Shown: piece after piece, positions 11,451 to 27,278 of the stretch
Layout of the letters: each line of letters opens with the position of its first letter
Numbering within the stretch: the first letter of the stretch is position 1
Source of the DNA: the human T2T-CHM13v2.0 reference genome, Homo sapiens
Assembly (NCBI RefSeq): GCF_009914755.1
Contig: NC_060927.1
Direction: 5' to 3' (one strand)
DNA: 64,000 bases
The notes under the pieces: generated by a model
Told to the model about the DNA's origin: nothing
Seen by the model: the letters and a program-made list of their open reading frames with translations, nothing else
The model's database searches: none
Made by a program: the position numbers and the translations under genes

Positions 11451-12485
11451 TCTACCACTTATGAGAACAAAACTCTTCTTTCTGCTACACAAACTCTCCC
11501 CTCTGGCACTGCAGTGACTGACATGGGCTAGCAGCAGCTCACAGAGCAAGACGTCCTCTTGAAAAAGTGGTAGAGGCAGTATCATAGCCGTTGCTTCCAT
11601 AAGAAACAACCAGGAGTTAAGAAGCTGGGTGACCTTACCTGACAAAATTGAGCAGAACCAGGACACCACCAATGACTTTCAGTGACAGTTCCTAGTTGTA
11701 CTAATGGTGAAGAGTAGCAACAGGGCATTTATTAAAACCAAACAGCTTTATATCACATACAAAGGAAATATGGAAATATGGAAAAAAAACAAATTTGAAA
11801 AGTGTTTTTCTAAGTGAACCAACTTTTGAACGCTATTAAGATTTATACTGGGTTTTTTTTGTTGTTTCTCATTTGTGTATTTTTTTAAAGGATTGCTTTC
11901 ATTCTTCTGCTAAAATGAAAAATAGATTTATTTTCCCTTAGCAATCATGTTCTCCTGATCAGATTTGGCAGCTGGAGTTGACCCATACACGAAACGATTT
12001 GGGGGTCCATGCCCATATTGTTGACCTGCGATCAGATCTGTCCATAAAGTGCAAGTATGTCTTCTGGTTTTAGACAGGGAGAATAATAAGCTGCCTTTGG
12101 TCTGTTTTTCCTCTGGTAGTTCCACCTCTTATTTTTCACTCCACAGTTAGTAACCAATGCCAGTTTGTCTTGAAAGATTTTTGATTTGCTTTGTTTTTTG
12201 ACAAGAGCTTTTAAGCTCACATATTCTAACACACAACCCTGTCAGCATCCCCAATCCCTTTCTTTTTGCTTTCTTCTCTACCATAGGAAGACTAGCCCTT
12301 TTCAGTCATCCCTGCAGCCCTCCAATTCCTTAGAGATTCTGTATTCTCTGACACAGTTTTGGTTTATTTTTAAAGATTTTGTTCTTAATTTTACCTACTC
12401 ACTTGGGCTTATGACTGATTGATACTCTCAAGAAGATACATAATGAGAATAAACTGGAAAATAATTTGGCTGGAAAAAAAAATGT

Positions 12486-12795
12486 TGTTGTAGGAAAATC
12501 CAGGTTCTTGTCATGTGACCAGGAAAGATTAGGTTCGCAGACACTTTGAAGGGTGAAGGGGACGGAATTTATTGGACGAAAAGGAAAACGGTAAAACAAC
12601 ACAGCAAAGTAGGAGAATGGTTCCTGTTAACAGGCCCTCATTTCACAGATTGAATCCCAGGTTCCTACACAGGAACAGGAAGGGCCAGGCCCCTCCCCGC
12701 TGCAAACGGCCTGAGCTTCCGTGGGTCCACCCCTTCTCCCAGTGACCAGGCTGGTCGGAGGTTCTCCTGGGACCCCTTTATACTTGGTTGTCTCA
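12486..12795 (-). mobile_element. ERV1 solo LTR, MER61-like
   Basis: Minus strand starts TGAGACAACCAAGTATAAAGGGGTCCC and ends ..CCTACAACA; 4-bp TSD ATGT. Confidence 0.75.
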
Positions 12796-13233
12796 ATGTC
12801 ATTGCTTATGACTAGATTCATTGAGCAGTCTGGGTGCTGTAGAAAAACTGTTTTCCTACACATATGGCATCATCTGTCATATGTATATGGAGATGGGGAT
12901 CCCATCAACACATGTAGGCAATGACCCAGAAAGAGTCACTATTGAATCAAATACAATGCTGCCTTTCATGAATTATGAATTTCCATGTCTACAAGATTAA
13001 AAGTAATAAAAGAACCACCAGCTCCAAAAACATGTCCAAGGAAATTCTGTGGCCATAAGAGTGAGTGCCAACATTGTGTATGTGTGTTAAGAGCAGGTTA
13101 GAACAGATTTAAGTTAAACCCAAGTGACACCACTTCCTGTTTACTTTCCAAAATATTCAATATGTCAGCAATTGTAATGCCAGTAAAGTGGAAGTTACTG
13201 AGTTAAAAGGTCAGTTAGAAAGCATCCTGTTAG

Positions 13234-13963
<730 letters not shown>

Positions 13964-14029
13964 TGACCAAAGGTAATGGGGAAAGAAATAAAATAGCTAT
14001 GCCATTGTGTGTAAAAATTACTTACTTAG

Positions 14030-14319
14030 TGGGGCGTGGTGGCTCATGCCTGTAATCCTAGCACTTTGGGAGGCAAACGCAGGCAGATCACTTGAGGTTA
14101 GGAGTTCAAGACCAGCCTGGCCAGAATGGCAAACCCCATCTCTACTAAAAATACAAAAATTAGCCAGGCGTGGTGGTGCATGCCTGTAATCCCAGCTACT
14201 CGGGAGGCTGAGGCACAAGAATCACTTCAACCCCAGAGGCAGAGGTTGCAGTGAGCCAAGATCGTGCCACTGCACTCTAGTCTGGGCAATAAAGCAAGAC
14301 TACATCTCAAAAAAAAAAA
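14030..14319 (+). mobile_element. AluS
   Basis: Alu with A tail; aaaaattactta flanking duplication. Confidence 0.95.
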
Positions 14320-17300
14320 TTACTTAACAAAGAGAATATTCAAGTTTTAGAAAACATGAACGTAAACATGAGTATTTTAGTCTCTCACTAAATCGTATAA
14401 CTCCCCCTACATTTACAGAAATCTTGGAAATTTTTACACCATTACTAAGACATTTATATATCCTTTTCTCCAGATCCTCTTTTGTACTTTACTCCTAGTG
14501 ACCATTTATACTTTATTTCAGTACTTAATTTGTGTGTGTCCATAATTTTCTGGGCAGTTATTTCATCTTTTCTTAAAAAATAAATATTTTAAAGGCAAGG
14601 ACTGAGACTCAGCAGTTCAATAAAAATAGTAAACAATAAATATTATTAGGTACTTATGCTGAGTGCTAAGTGCTTTACTTTCACCATCCCATACGTAAAT
14701 ATCTTTGAACTTTAAGCAAGCCTGCACTGCTTACTCTCCATCTCTAGTAGCAGGTATCAGGTAATACCCCAGATATCAGTATTACCTAGACCCTAAGGGA
14801 AATAGCTAGCAGTAGACCTCTCCTATGGATCTGCCCAGATATTTTATGTCTTCTGACCCCACTGAATCTCATTGCATTTATTTCAAAAACATACAGACAT
14901 TGAAGGTTACATATGGGAAATAATTCGGTTGTGCCTATCTGGGAATGACAAGCTCCCACCGGAGTGCCCTGGCATGTGCTCTGTTTTTTTTTTTTTCTCC
15001 CTCCTTTTTTAGTGAGGCTTTGAGCAACAGACTATTGGGTTCTTTAAGCTACTCTTTCTTCACCACCCTCCAACAAATAGCACCCTTCTTCTTTGTCCAG
15101 TTTTGATCAAGTTGAGAAATAAAGAAATAAGATTATGGAAGGCAATCGATTTCCTTTATTCCTGAGAAGGGCTAATTTGGAAAATGTAGCTTAGTATAAG
15201 TACATAAAGGGCCTGATGACTGGACCCCCAAATTTGGCAAATTTATAACCAATTGCAGGTTGCAGAACCAGAACAGGAAGCATGCCCTAGGAGGGCAGTT
15301 TACTCTCAAGAGAAGAAGAAAGAGCTAAGCTGGACATGGTCAAGTTAAACTTCTTGGATTTACAAATTAAGTGAAGCACTGCCCCTTCCCAGGAGCAGAG
15401 CACACATAGGGGTGAAGAGGGGCCTAGGCTTACCCTAAATGAGCTTCCTCTACATCAGCAAAAAGAGAAATCTGCCAGCAGACTCTGTCCTTTAATTCTG
15501 TATCTTATTTTACCTTAGGCTTTCTGATCTTTTAGATATATAGGTTCCTACCACAAGTATCATTTCAAGGTTATGTGTATAGGGTATAGAATATTGTCTT
15601 TTCCCCACCATTATGTTTAAAGAGTTTTTTTCAGCTTTCTGTGGGTGCTAGTAACATAGAGACTTTCATTTCTAATGATGCAGTTTTCATTATGCTCATA
15701 CTGCTCATTAGCCTGCAATGGGTACTCCCCACTTTGTTCATAATATGAATACATTTTTATCTGTTTTGTTTTAATTATTGGGTAAGTCTACTCTGACCTT
15801 TCTTTCACTTATTTCTGACTGTCGCAGTGCTAAATTTTTCAGTAAGTTCCTTGAAAGTAGTAGGAACTGTGCCCACTAAGCATATTCTCTGTGCTTCCGA
15901 TAACACGATACCATGCATAGAAAGTAGTTTTTGATTAATGACCTATTTGTTATTAATACATTCCAGATCAAAATATTAGAGCTGGAAAAGACCTTAGTGG
16001 TTGTGTAATCCAGACTTGTTTCACAGAATAAAAAATGGAAGTGTAGGAATAAGAAGTGGCTCAATGACCTAGCTGGTCACTGGCGAGGCCAAGAAAAGAC
16101 TCTGGGTCTCTGATCCTTCTTGGCTTGTGTAAGGAGAGCTGTGATCCCAAATAGTGTTTGCTTTATACTCTGAAGTGTTTGCCTTGTTTCTACTTTACAG
16201 AATTTTCTGCAGAGGATATTTAAGAAATGTTTAGACAAAACATTTACAGATCCTATTAAAGCTGACTATGATGTGAGTAAAAAAAGGGGCATGTGTAGGG
16301 AGTTGTAAATAAAGAGAGAAGGATATTTTTCATAGCTGATGATCATGAAGTTTAAGAAAGGCATTAACCTGGTTGATATTGCCTACATTTTTTTAAAAAA
16401 CTCATTTAAAAATCAACACAGCAATAAAACTCAGGGTTCAGTTTTCAAACCCCAGCAATATTAGATAGGTTCACAAACACAAAACCCTGGTCTTGCTCTC
16501 ACTAACTTTCAAGGTTGATCAGGCAGAATGAAAAAGGGAGGAGAAATTTCTCAAGCAGAGAGGATAATAGCCTGCCCTTCTATATTACTTGCATTTTTAT
16601 TTCCAGCCCTGCCACTGACTTACTATATGACCTTGAGTGAGTCATTTCATCTCTGCATGTCAATTTTCTCAATTTGTAAAGTAGGATAATAAATACTAGT
16701 TTCTGTCTCTCTCATGGGTGGTGTTATCATCATCATCAATTAAGATTTATTGGATGCCTGTCGGGCTTATAATGCTGAGGTAGGTGGTTTGTCCTAGGGA
16801 GGAGAAGGAGATTGTATCGGTAAAACATTTTCCATGAACCAAAAGGTAAAAGACTTACAAAAGACAGAATTATTAGAGCATAAAATAGCTATTGTATATA
16901 TTTTAAAGCATGCTTCTCTGCCAAGATTTATGCAATAGCATTTTTTTCTTAGTGATTGTATAATGCACCAGGATGACTATGGTACAGAATTCTGGTTTTA
17001 CTTTTAGATAATTCCAAGTAACACTATCTTAAGCAATTACTACAGATTCACTATGTAGCTATAAATCATATCCTAAGCATCATTTACTTAGACCTATTTA
17101 TTGTTTACTGATGGAATTGGATCTATTTTGCACAGCCACTAATTTTGTTTTGAAAAAAACACCTATTTATTAACAGAATAATAGCACATAAAATATGTAA
17201 CACTGTAACACACACCTTTTCTTCAAAGAGAATAATCAGAAATCTGAAAAGTGACCCATTAGTGCATTTCATCTAAAAGCAAAAAATCAAAGCTGGTTAG

Positions 17301-17509
17301 TCCACACTGGTCAGCCCAAATGAATGCGTGTTCCTTCCTCCTGTCTTCCTCAAATCAATCCTGTTTTCCCATCCCACGTTCACCAGATTCAGGCCCTTCT
17401 TATCTCTCATCTGGACTATTGAATAGCCTCTGATCTCGTGTCCCTCACTCTTCTCTTCCTTTTACTATCTGTCCTTACACCACTGACAAAAGGATCTTTC
17501 AGAGTAAAT

Positions 17510-17940
17510 CTGTGAATGAATAAATAAAATGTGGTATATATACATATATATTAAATACATAAAGTATTACTCAGTCTTAAAAAAGGAATGAAATACTGAT
17601 GTCACAATGTGGAAGAACTTTGATGGTATTATGCCATGTGAAGTAAGCCAGACGGAAAAGAACAAATACTCTATGATTCCACTTACATGTGGTGCCTAGA
17701 ACAGGCAAATTCATAGGAAAAGAAAGTAGAATAGTAGTTACCAGGGGTTGGGGAGGGGTTAATGCGGAGTTGTTTAAAGAGTGAGAGTTTCTGTTTGAGA
17801 CAATGAAATAGTCCTGGAGATGGATAGCGGTGATGGTTACAAAACACTGTAGATGTATTTAATACCACTGAATTGTACATTCAGAACTGGTTCAAGTGAT
17901 ATGTTTTATGTTACGCATATTTTACCATAATACAAACAAT
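17510..17940 (+). mobile_element. L1MB-type 3' end
   Basis: aaaatgtggtatata..gtaagccagac..aatagtagttaccagggg..ccactgaattgtaca. Confidence 0.8.
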
Positions 17941-18482
17941 TTTTTTAAAAAGTAAATCTGGTCCTTCCTATCATTTTCTTATTCAGAAATGATTATTAAT
18001 TATTTAGAGTAAAGCCCAAACCCTTTGGTATGACAGTTAAAATCATTCAGAATTGAGCTCCAACTTACCTTTCCAGTGTTATCTCTGACCACATCTACAC
18101 CACAACCCTACCTTTCAATCATATTGGTAAAATGAAAGTCACCAACCCTGAATCTTCCTTTGCTCCTCCATTCTTTAACTCTCCAGTCTCCTTCAGCCTA
18201 GAATACATGCGCTTTGCTTCCACTCCCTTCATCCTCATTGTTGAAGTGTAACAAATCTTTGAAGCTCAACTCAAAATAAATTTCTCTGTGAGGTGTCCAT
18301 GACAGTATCAAAATTGCTCCAACTATGGATGGTCTGATCAAATATGTCTTCTTCTAATTATATATGAACTCTGACTATAATGTGAATTCTTTAATGGTAA
18401 GGGTTATTTGTTGTCTATCTTTGCATGCAGTAGTGATTAGCAAGAGTTATTTTTGTTTATCTTTCCATGCAATGATGATAAT

Positions 18483-18600
18483 CAGAGCAAGGACTAGGGT
18501 GAGAGAAGTGAGGAACTTACGGTACAAAATTTGTATGACCCTGAAAGTGAGTTCCTTTTATCCTAGGTGTCTCACTTGCCTCAACCTAGTCTCAACCCTT
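18483..18600. mobile_element. MER91-like palindromic hAT MITE
   Basis: gactagggtgagagaagtgagg ... ctcacttgcctcaacctagtc inverted ends. Confidence 0.6.
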
Positions 18601-18646
18601 GTGATTAGCTATTTACCTTGACATCAGTAAGTGCGTATAATGCATT

Positions 18647-19167
18647 CTATAAGTTATCTACTACTGCATAACTAATTTTTCCAAACCTTAACAGCTTAAA
18701 ACAACTAACATATTATTGCAGTTGCAGGGTCATGAATTTGGGAGTGGCTTAGCTCAGTGGTTGTGGCTCTGAATTTATTATGACGATGCGGTAAAGATGT
18801 CAATGGGGGCTGCAGTCATCTGAAGGCTTGACTGGAGCAAAAACATCAGGTTCCCAGATGGCTCGCTTACCTGGCTATTAGTGGGAGGCATCATTTCCTT
18901 GTCATGTGGTCTTCTCCCTCAGGGCTGCTTGAGCGCCCTCACGACATGGCAGCTGACTTTTCTTAGAGCAAGTGGTCCAAAAGAGGGGCAAGGCAGAAGC
19001 TGTAATGTCTTTTATATCCTAGCCACAAAAATTGCACACAGTCATTCCACAGTAGCTTATGGTTATGTACGTCAGCCCTATTAAATAAAAGAGGGTACTA
19101 CTATACAAGAATATGGATAACAAGAAGTAGTAATTTTTGGGAGCCACCTTAAAAGATGGTTTCCACA
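18647..19167 (-). mobile_element. Old MLT1 LTR
   Basis: cagcttaaaacaac..gggagtggcttagct..ctgcagtcatctgaaggcttgactgg. Confidence 0.7.
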
Positions 19168-20532
19168 AACTTGCTGGTTGGATTATACTAAATTGGATTA
19201 GCTAGCAGCAGAACAGTATTAATTCTGGCATCTGTCACTAATACCTCCTAAGTTTAAATGTTAACTAATATTATTTTTTTATATAAAACTCTTCTATCTA
19301 GCCAACTCTGACTATTGTTTTAAGATACTGAAACACATCATTCCTCTGGCTTAAATTTTTTAAAAAATGTTTCTCCTTCTCCCATCCTGCTAAATCCAAT
19401 TTTTTCTTCAAGGAGCAGGTGAAACAACTTCCTTGACCGAGAAAACGCCTACTTGTACCCCAGTGTCTTAGTGCTCAATAACAACATCTTCTCCTAAATT
19501 CCTTTAGTGCAATCAAATCTTGTGTTGCCTCGTTTTGTCTTTTATCTTTGACCCTGGATCCCAAATAAACAGAGAGCCCCATAGAGGGGAATTTTTATAC
19601 CGTATAGCTTGCTATAACCCAGGTTTATACAGAAGGTTGGTCAACAGAGGACTGCTAATAATGAGGTTAAGTGCCTAATGTAACATTACTCACAATTAGA
19701 TGTTGTAATAAATGCTTCTTTATCACAATGAACAGATTGTATTGTTGTCACATATAGGTCAGGAGAGAATGTGTTCTTCCTTTGTATTGGTTCGTTATAA
19801 TTCTGAACGCAATTGTGTTTTACTTGAGAATGAAAATACAACACAGATTGTTAAAATCTCAAGATCTTTAAAAAGTCTGGATTTTTAAAAATTATCATCT
19901 CTTTTTTCTTCTTAATCCTGGAGTAGGAAGGAGTTGCAAAATACAAGGTGGTTCGATTTGATGGTGAATTGATCAATGCCAACAATTGATCAATGCCAAA
20001 CCACAGTGTCAGGTTTGGGAGCAGCATAGTTCAAACAGAAAGATCAGTTCTATTTTGGAGGGCTAAGAAAGGAAGAATAAGATTGTTGACTGCCTAGTTT
20101 GAGCCAGATAGTTTACAGTCATCAATTTATCCAGTCCTTACAGCAAGTGTGTGTGCATTATTATACCCCTTAACATGCAAGAAAACTAAAGTGCGAAGAA
20201 ATCAAGCAACTTTCCCCGAAAAGTGATAGGGCTGGAATTCGAATCCAGGTGTGGAGGCCCCCATGCATGTATGGAAGCTCTGATATCCTGCTCCATCCAC
20301 CACATAGCACTGGCTTTCAAGGTGAACTAAATACAGGTCAAATTGAGTGGTTAGCATACAGTGGTGACAAAGGGCCAAGGAGTAGCTGTCTCACTCAGAG
20401 CTTAGCTTTTCCAGAGTTTCCTCCTCAGGCCCCCAGCCTACCAAAGATCACAGCTGGGTCTCTTGAAGAGGAAACATTGAGATGTAAACTATTGCTCTAA
20501 AAGATGCTGTGCTCTTGGACTCTAAATTGCAG

Positions 20533-20666
20533 GAGCATTGGGAGCGCCATTTTTGTTGGAAGACCCTGCAAACCAGTTCCTACGTCTCAAAAGACATGTA
20601 AATTTGCAGGATTACTGGGACCCAGATCACAGTTCAGATGTGTGGGTAAACACACTGGCTAAGCAG
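20533..20666 (+). CDS. C3orf85: C3orf85 coding exon 2: (G)ALGAPFLLEDPANQFLRLKRHVNLQDYWDPDHSSDVWVNTLAKQ
   Basis: Acceptor ttgcag| at 20532; 134 nt, phase 1 in and phase 0 out; donor CAG|GTATTT; frame continuous with both neighbouring exons. Confidence 0.92.
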
Positions 20667-22084
20667 GTATTTGTATTAGAAACAAATGGTCCTTCACCAT
20701 TTATCTTTTTAAATAGTCATTGCATTAGCTGACCACTAATTAACACATGACTAGCCTAGCCCTGATTTTTCCTCTCTAGACACTCTGAACTATATCTGCT
20801 TTTTCTTGCCCATGAAGTGGTTTTTGCCTGGTAAACTCTGCCTCTTGCTTAAAGACTAGACTCAAATGTCCCTCTGAAGCCTTTCCCTTCTTCTCAGGGC
20901 GACATTTGTCTTTCCTTCTCTCCCTTTTTGCATGCTCTTTCACAAATAAATAGCTCTCAAAATGTCAATTGGAATTACTTGTTTTGTGTACCCAACCTAC
21001 CTACCTAGACTATAAAGGTAGGGTCTGTATCTTATCCTTCAAGGTAATTATTCTCGGGAACTAGCAAAATGATTGTTATATAGTCAAAGCTTAATAAATT
21101 ATTACATGTATGTGTAGATTGATGAATGGATAGTGGTCGGACTTTAGTTCACTTTCAGTTGTTCAGTAGCTAAATATCCCCGGTGACAATTATTCAAGGC
21201 TTTAATGTTGTTCCTCCTTTTGCTTGCCTTTTGTACATTTTCCTATTCATTTGCATTCTCGCTGCAAAAGAAACAAAGAAGAAATTTGCATTGGCCTTTT
21301 TTATTCTATATTTACTTTTCTGATAGAAGAAGACATTAAAACTCCAGGCCAAATGAAATTGCTGAATTATCTGAGTATTTCAATTATTCATGATCTCCCT
21401 CTTACAATTTAGCAATTTAGGAAACAAAGTTGTATAATGAATGAATGAATTCTTTCACTTATTCTTTCTTTCTTTCCACATATCTCAGGATCTGATTATC
21501 ATCAGGCATGAGGATTGTATAAAGTCATAAAAAGTTGAATGTCCTTGTTTTCATGGGGCCTTGATCTTGTCCGTACTCCACATAACTGGGTCTTAACCGG
21601 TCTACCAGGATCTGCTTGTTTTGCACTTGCTGATGAAAACTACTAACTGAATAATGCATCCAGTTTTATGGCTGTTTTTGTCCAATAGGCATTATTTAGC
21701 ATTATTAAAACAAGACATTTGTTTATTTGGTCAATTAAGTGATTAAGTAGGCTGGTAGACTGTGTCTTCTTTATAGAATGTTGACATTTTCAGGTACTCT
21801 CCTGCCTCTACTTGTAGACCAGATTTGTACCAACTGACAGGCACTATGTAATGTAGCAAGACTCTGCTACATTGGTTTATACTGTGGCCCCACAAATACT
21901 GTAAAATATCTGAGTATTGAAATAAACAGATAATTAAAAGTATGAAAACCAAATTCTATTTGGTATAATTCTTCCATTATATTTTTCTCATCTTTTAGGA
22001 ATATCTGTATGATAATCAGAATAACTGATGCAAGATGTGTTCTACACACTCAGAGATCATGACTTGTGTTTCCTTTTCTTGAAG

Positions 22085-22174
22085 GCTCGTGAAACATGGA
22101 TTGCTTTGAAAACAACAGCACAGTATTATTTGGATATGAATACCTTCACCTTTGACATGTCTACTGCCCAGTAA
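22085..22174 (+). CDS. C3orf85: C3orf85 last coding exon: ARETWIALKTTAQYYLDMNTFTFDMSTAQ*
   Basis: Acceptor tttccttttcttgaag| at 22084; TAA at 22172-22174; spliced product is 90 aa. Confidence 0.9.
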   Translation, partial: ARETWIALKTTAQYYLDMNTFTFDMSTAQ

Positions 22175-22365
22175 ATATGTTTTCCTGGTTAAAGCAGGAG
22201 GATGAAGATGGCAGAGGTTGGAATGGCATTGTGCCAAAACCATGGGTTTTAGAGATCTGAGGGTATATCCATGCTGTTTACTACATTATTTATTATGTCT
22301 GTCTCAAAGTTGTTGAAAACAGTAGTTATGAAAACCCATGTAGGAAACTGGAATAAGACATTCTC

Positions 22366-22371
22366 AATAAA
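22366..22371 (+). terminator. Candidate polyadenylation signal of C3orf85
   Basis: AATAAA about 190 nt after the stop codon; a genomic A-rich tract follows at 22383-22406. Confidence 0.55.
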
Positions 22372-23578
22372 TGGTAGTTCTCAAAAAAAGAACTAAAAAA
22401 AAAAAAGGCTGTAGTAATAACATTTACCAAAACGATGGCATTTATGGGAAAAGGAAAGCAAAAACATAAACAAAGAAAAGTAGTTTCATTAAACCACTCT
22501 GTTCATAGCTTTTACTCTCTATTGCCTCTTCTTTGAGAGAGTTTTTTAATTCAAAGAAGGACAGGGAGCTCTCAAATGGAGCTGATCCTCTTCTCTCTTC
22601 TTCAGTGCTTGTCGCATTCTTAAGTCAGTCGATTTTAAAACCATGACTTTGAAACGTTTTTCATCAAAGGTGTACTGCTGAGTGGAGAATACAGCCTTAC
22701 CTTAATACAACAAGTAGATAGTGGCTAGGAACTCAATGGAAGTCATTCACTTGTAAGTGCAAACTTCTTCCAAGTTTTGTAAAATTTTTGTAAGCTTTGC
22801 ATTCTGTTCCACAATTTATTGATGTTTGTTTTAATGTGAAATAACAGTTTTGACTCACTGGCCAGGCACATTTTATAATTTTTTCAATTAAAACTGAAAA
22901 ATTGGCCATAGGGAAAAGTGGACTGCATTTATCCTATAACTTTCCTAATATTCATGGATTACCACCTCAGTTTGAGAAGCATTGAGATGATACAACTAAT
23001 TGCCAAGATTGCCCCCCAAAATCACAGGTAAATGGAATTTTTGTCTTCAGAAGTCTATTTATCTCCATTCTCTATTCTCTATTTTAGTTGTTCTCTCGAA
23101 CAATTTATTTTTACCTTTTAAGGTAAATGGAAACATTTCCCTAAGACCTTAGTTGATCTTATGTGGTCTTAAAACAATCTTAAGCACTTTTTGAGTGGCA
23201 AGTAAATCAGAAAAACCAAATGCCAAGAAGTTGACTGGAAGGACTTTGGCCTCAGCAATTTCTTCTCCAAAAGGACACTGACAGCTGCTCAGTGTTTCAC
23301 ATTTCCCATCCTATGGCCTAGAGGTGTTTTCAGTGAGAAATTTAAGGCTAATTTATAACTTATTAAGTTAACTGCTATCCATTTCCAATAAATATGAACA
23401 TAGATTTTTAAATTACATCTGAACAAACAAAACAAAGATGATGAATCATTTAGTTTTGCAGTGGGAAATAAGTTTGAGATTGTACATAAATATATCTTCA
23501 GTGTTTTACCAATAATATACATTTTACTAACACAAAGTTTCATTCTTTAATTATTTAATAAAAAATTGAGAATGTCTG

Positions 23579-25040
<1,462 letters not shown>

Positions 25041-25747
25041 TTACATATTCTACTGGAGGATTACAAACATAAATACTGTGGTGACTCTGAACTCTTCTGA
25101 AGCAGGTTTTCATTGTGAAGTTTAAAGGGAACTCTGTTGGTTTGCCTTCTTCACCTGCTTAATACAGAGGCCCACTATGTAACTGGAAATGACAGGTAAG
25201 GATAATCCTACTAAATCCAGACTCCCAGAGGCTTCTGTCCAAATTTGAGGCTCACTGGTCTGACCCTATACAAGCACTCTTCTGCCTAAGCTTTCCTGCA
25301 TTTTCTGTAGAACAAGTCAACATATATGCCAAGGATCAGGCTGACCCTTTTTATGTCTCTTGAACATCCTACCCTCTAGAATTCATGTAATGTTGATTCA
25401 CATGCTTTCCCAGTGGACATTTCAATGCCATATTAATACGGGGAAACAATTCCAAGTCTTCCTTTGATGATATGAAAAGCATGGTGCTAATCTTGTTATG
25501 TATCCTATTCAACCACTTTTCAAAACCTTCGACTGATTAAAAAAGAGGAAGTAAACATTTATTGAGATATATATTCTGCTGTGCACTATACGAAACCGTT
25601 ATACCCTTTACCATTGAATTATAACAATCTGATAAGGTAGGTCCTACAGATCCCATTTTAGGGCGATGAAAATTAAGGCTTAAATTGTCTAAATAGAGCT
25701 AACTGGAGGCAGCTCTGTAACAGCAATTAAGAGTGTCTAGACTTCTG

Positions 25748-26043
<296 letters not shown>

Positions 26044-26792
26044 CTAGACTTCAATCATGGCTTCACTTTGGCTGGCTGTGGAGTCTTATTGACACTTCTC
26101 TGTTCTCAGCTTCGTCTTTAATAATATAGGAATAATTGGATCTACTTATTGTGAGGAATAAATAAGATGAGGTAGAACAGTGCCTGGCATGGAACTAAGC
26201 ACTCAATAAAAGTTAACTGTTACTATTAGCTTTCCTAAGGTCACATAAAAGTCTATGCCCTTTTTGGTTTTTCGCAATGTATTCCAGAATTCTGTTATCC
26301 ATAACTCAAAGCTTCCCCAAACCTGGCCTTTTTAAATTATTTCATCTACTCCCCTCAAATACTCTTTCTACCTTGTATCATTTATTGATTCATTTATCCA
26401 CTCATTTAACAAACACGACTGCCATCTTTCCTTGGCCTAGGTATGGTGAAGGTACAAAGAGGACTGAGACACAGTTTCTTCTCCGTAGAGCTTCTAATTT
26501 AGTAAGAGAGAAAAACATCCACTGCATTTATACAGAGGAAAGCTACATTGATTCAAGTTACAAATTTATATGTACACAGAGGATAGAAAACTTACTCAGC
26601 CTGGGGGATTCAGGGAAGGTTTCACTGAGGAGGTGGATTTAGATTTAGGTTTCAAAGAATGCAGAAGAGTAACATATGCATATGTAATTATAGCATATAA
26701 AATTGCTATAATTACAACTTTTATGTACAGAAGTTTATAGTACACTTACCTACATTCATCACTATCACTGTTGTATGTAAGTATACCATTAT

Positions 26793-26910
26793 CAGGAGGC
26801 TGAGGCAGGAGAATGGCATGAACCCAGGAGGCGGAGCTTGCAGTGAGCCGAGATCATGCCACTGCACTCCAGCCTGGGTGACAAGGCAAGACTCCATCTC
26901 AAAAAAAAAA
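26793..26910 (+). mobile_element. 5'-truncated AluY (right arm)
   Basis: atggcatgaacccaggaggcggagcttgcag; TSD aagtataccattat. Confidence 0.9.
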
Positions 26911-26936
26911 AAGTATACCATTATATTATTGCAGTG

Positions 26937-27278
26937 CAGTTGGCCTTCCATATTGGTAGGTTCTGCATCCACCAATTCAACCAACTGTGGATCAAAAATA
27001 TTTGAAAAAATAAACAATAAAAAATAACAATAAGACAACGAAAAATAATACGAATGTTAAAACCCGTACCCTGTAACACCTATTTACATAGCATTTCCAT
27101 TGTATTAGGTATTATAAGTAATCTAGAGATGATTTAAAGTATACAGGAGGATGTGCATACATTATATGCAAATACTATGCCATTTTATATAAGGCACTTG
27201 AACATCTGCAGATTTTGGTGTCTGTGGCGGGGGTGGGGGTCCTGGAACCAATCATCTGTGGATAGCAAGGAACAGTTT
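26937..27278. mobile_element. MER2 (Tigger) DNA element
   Basis: cagttggccttccatat..tataagtaatctagagatgatttaaagtatacaggagg..ggtcctggaaccaatc. Confidence 0.85.

Noticed and set aside
12486-12795. p53 response element in the MER61-like LTR
   Set aside because: I could not find two good RRRCWWGYYY half-sites in this copy.
20538-20732. 64-aa single-exon ORF from the track
   Set aside because: It starts at TTG inside an internal exon and runs through the donor at 20667; the real product is spliced.
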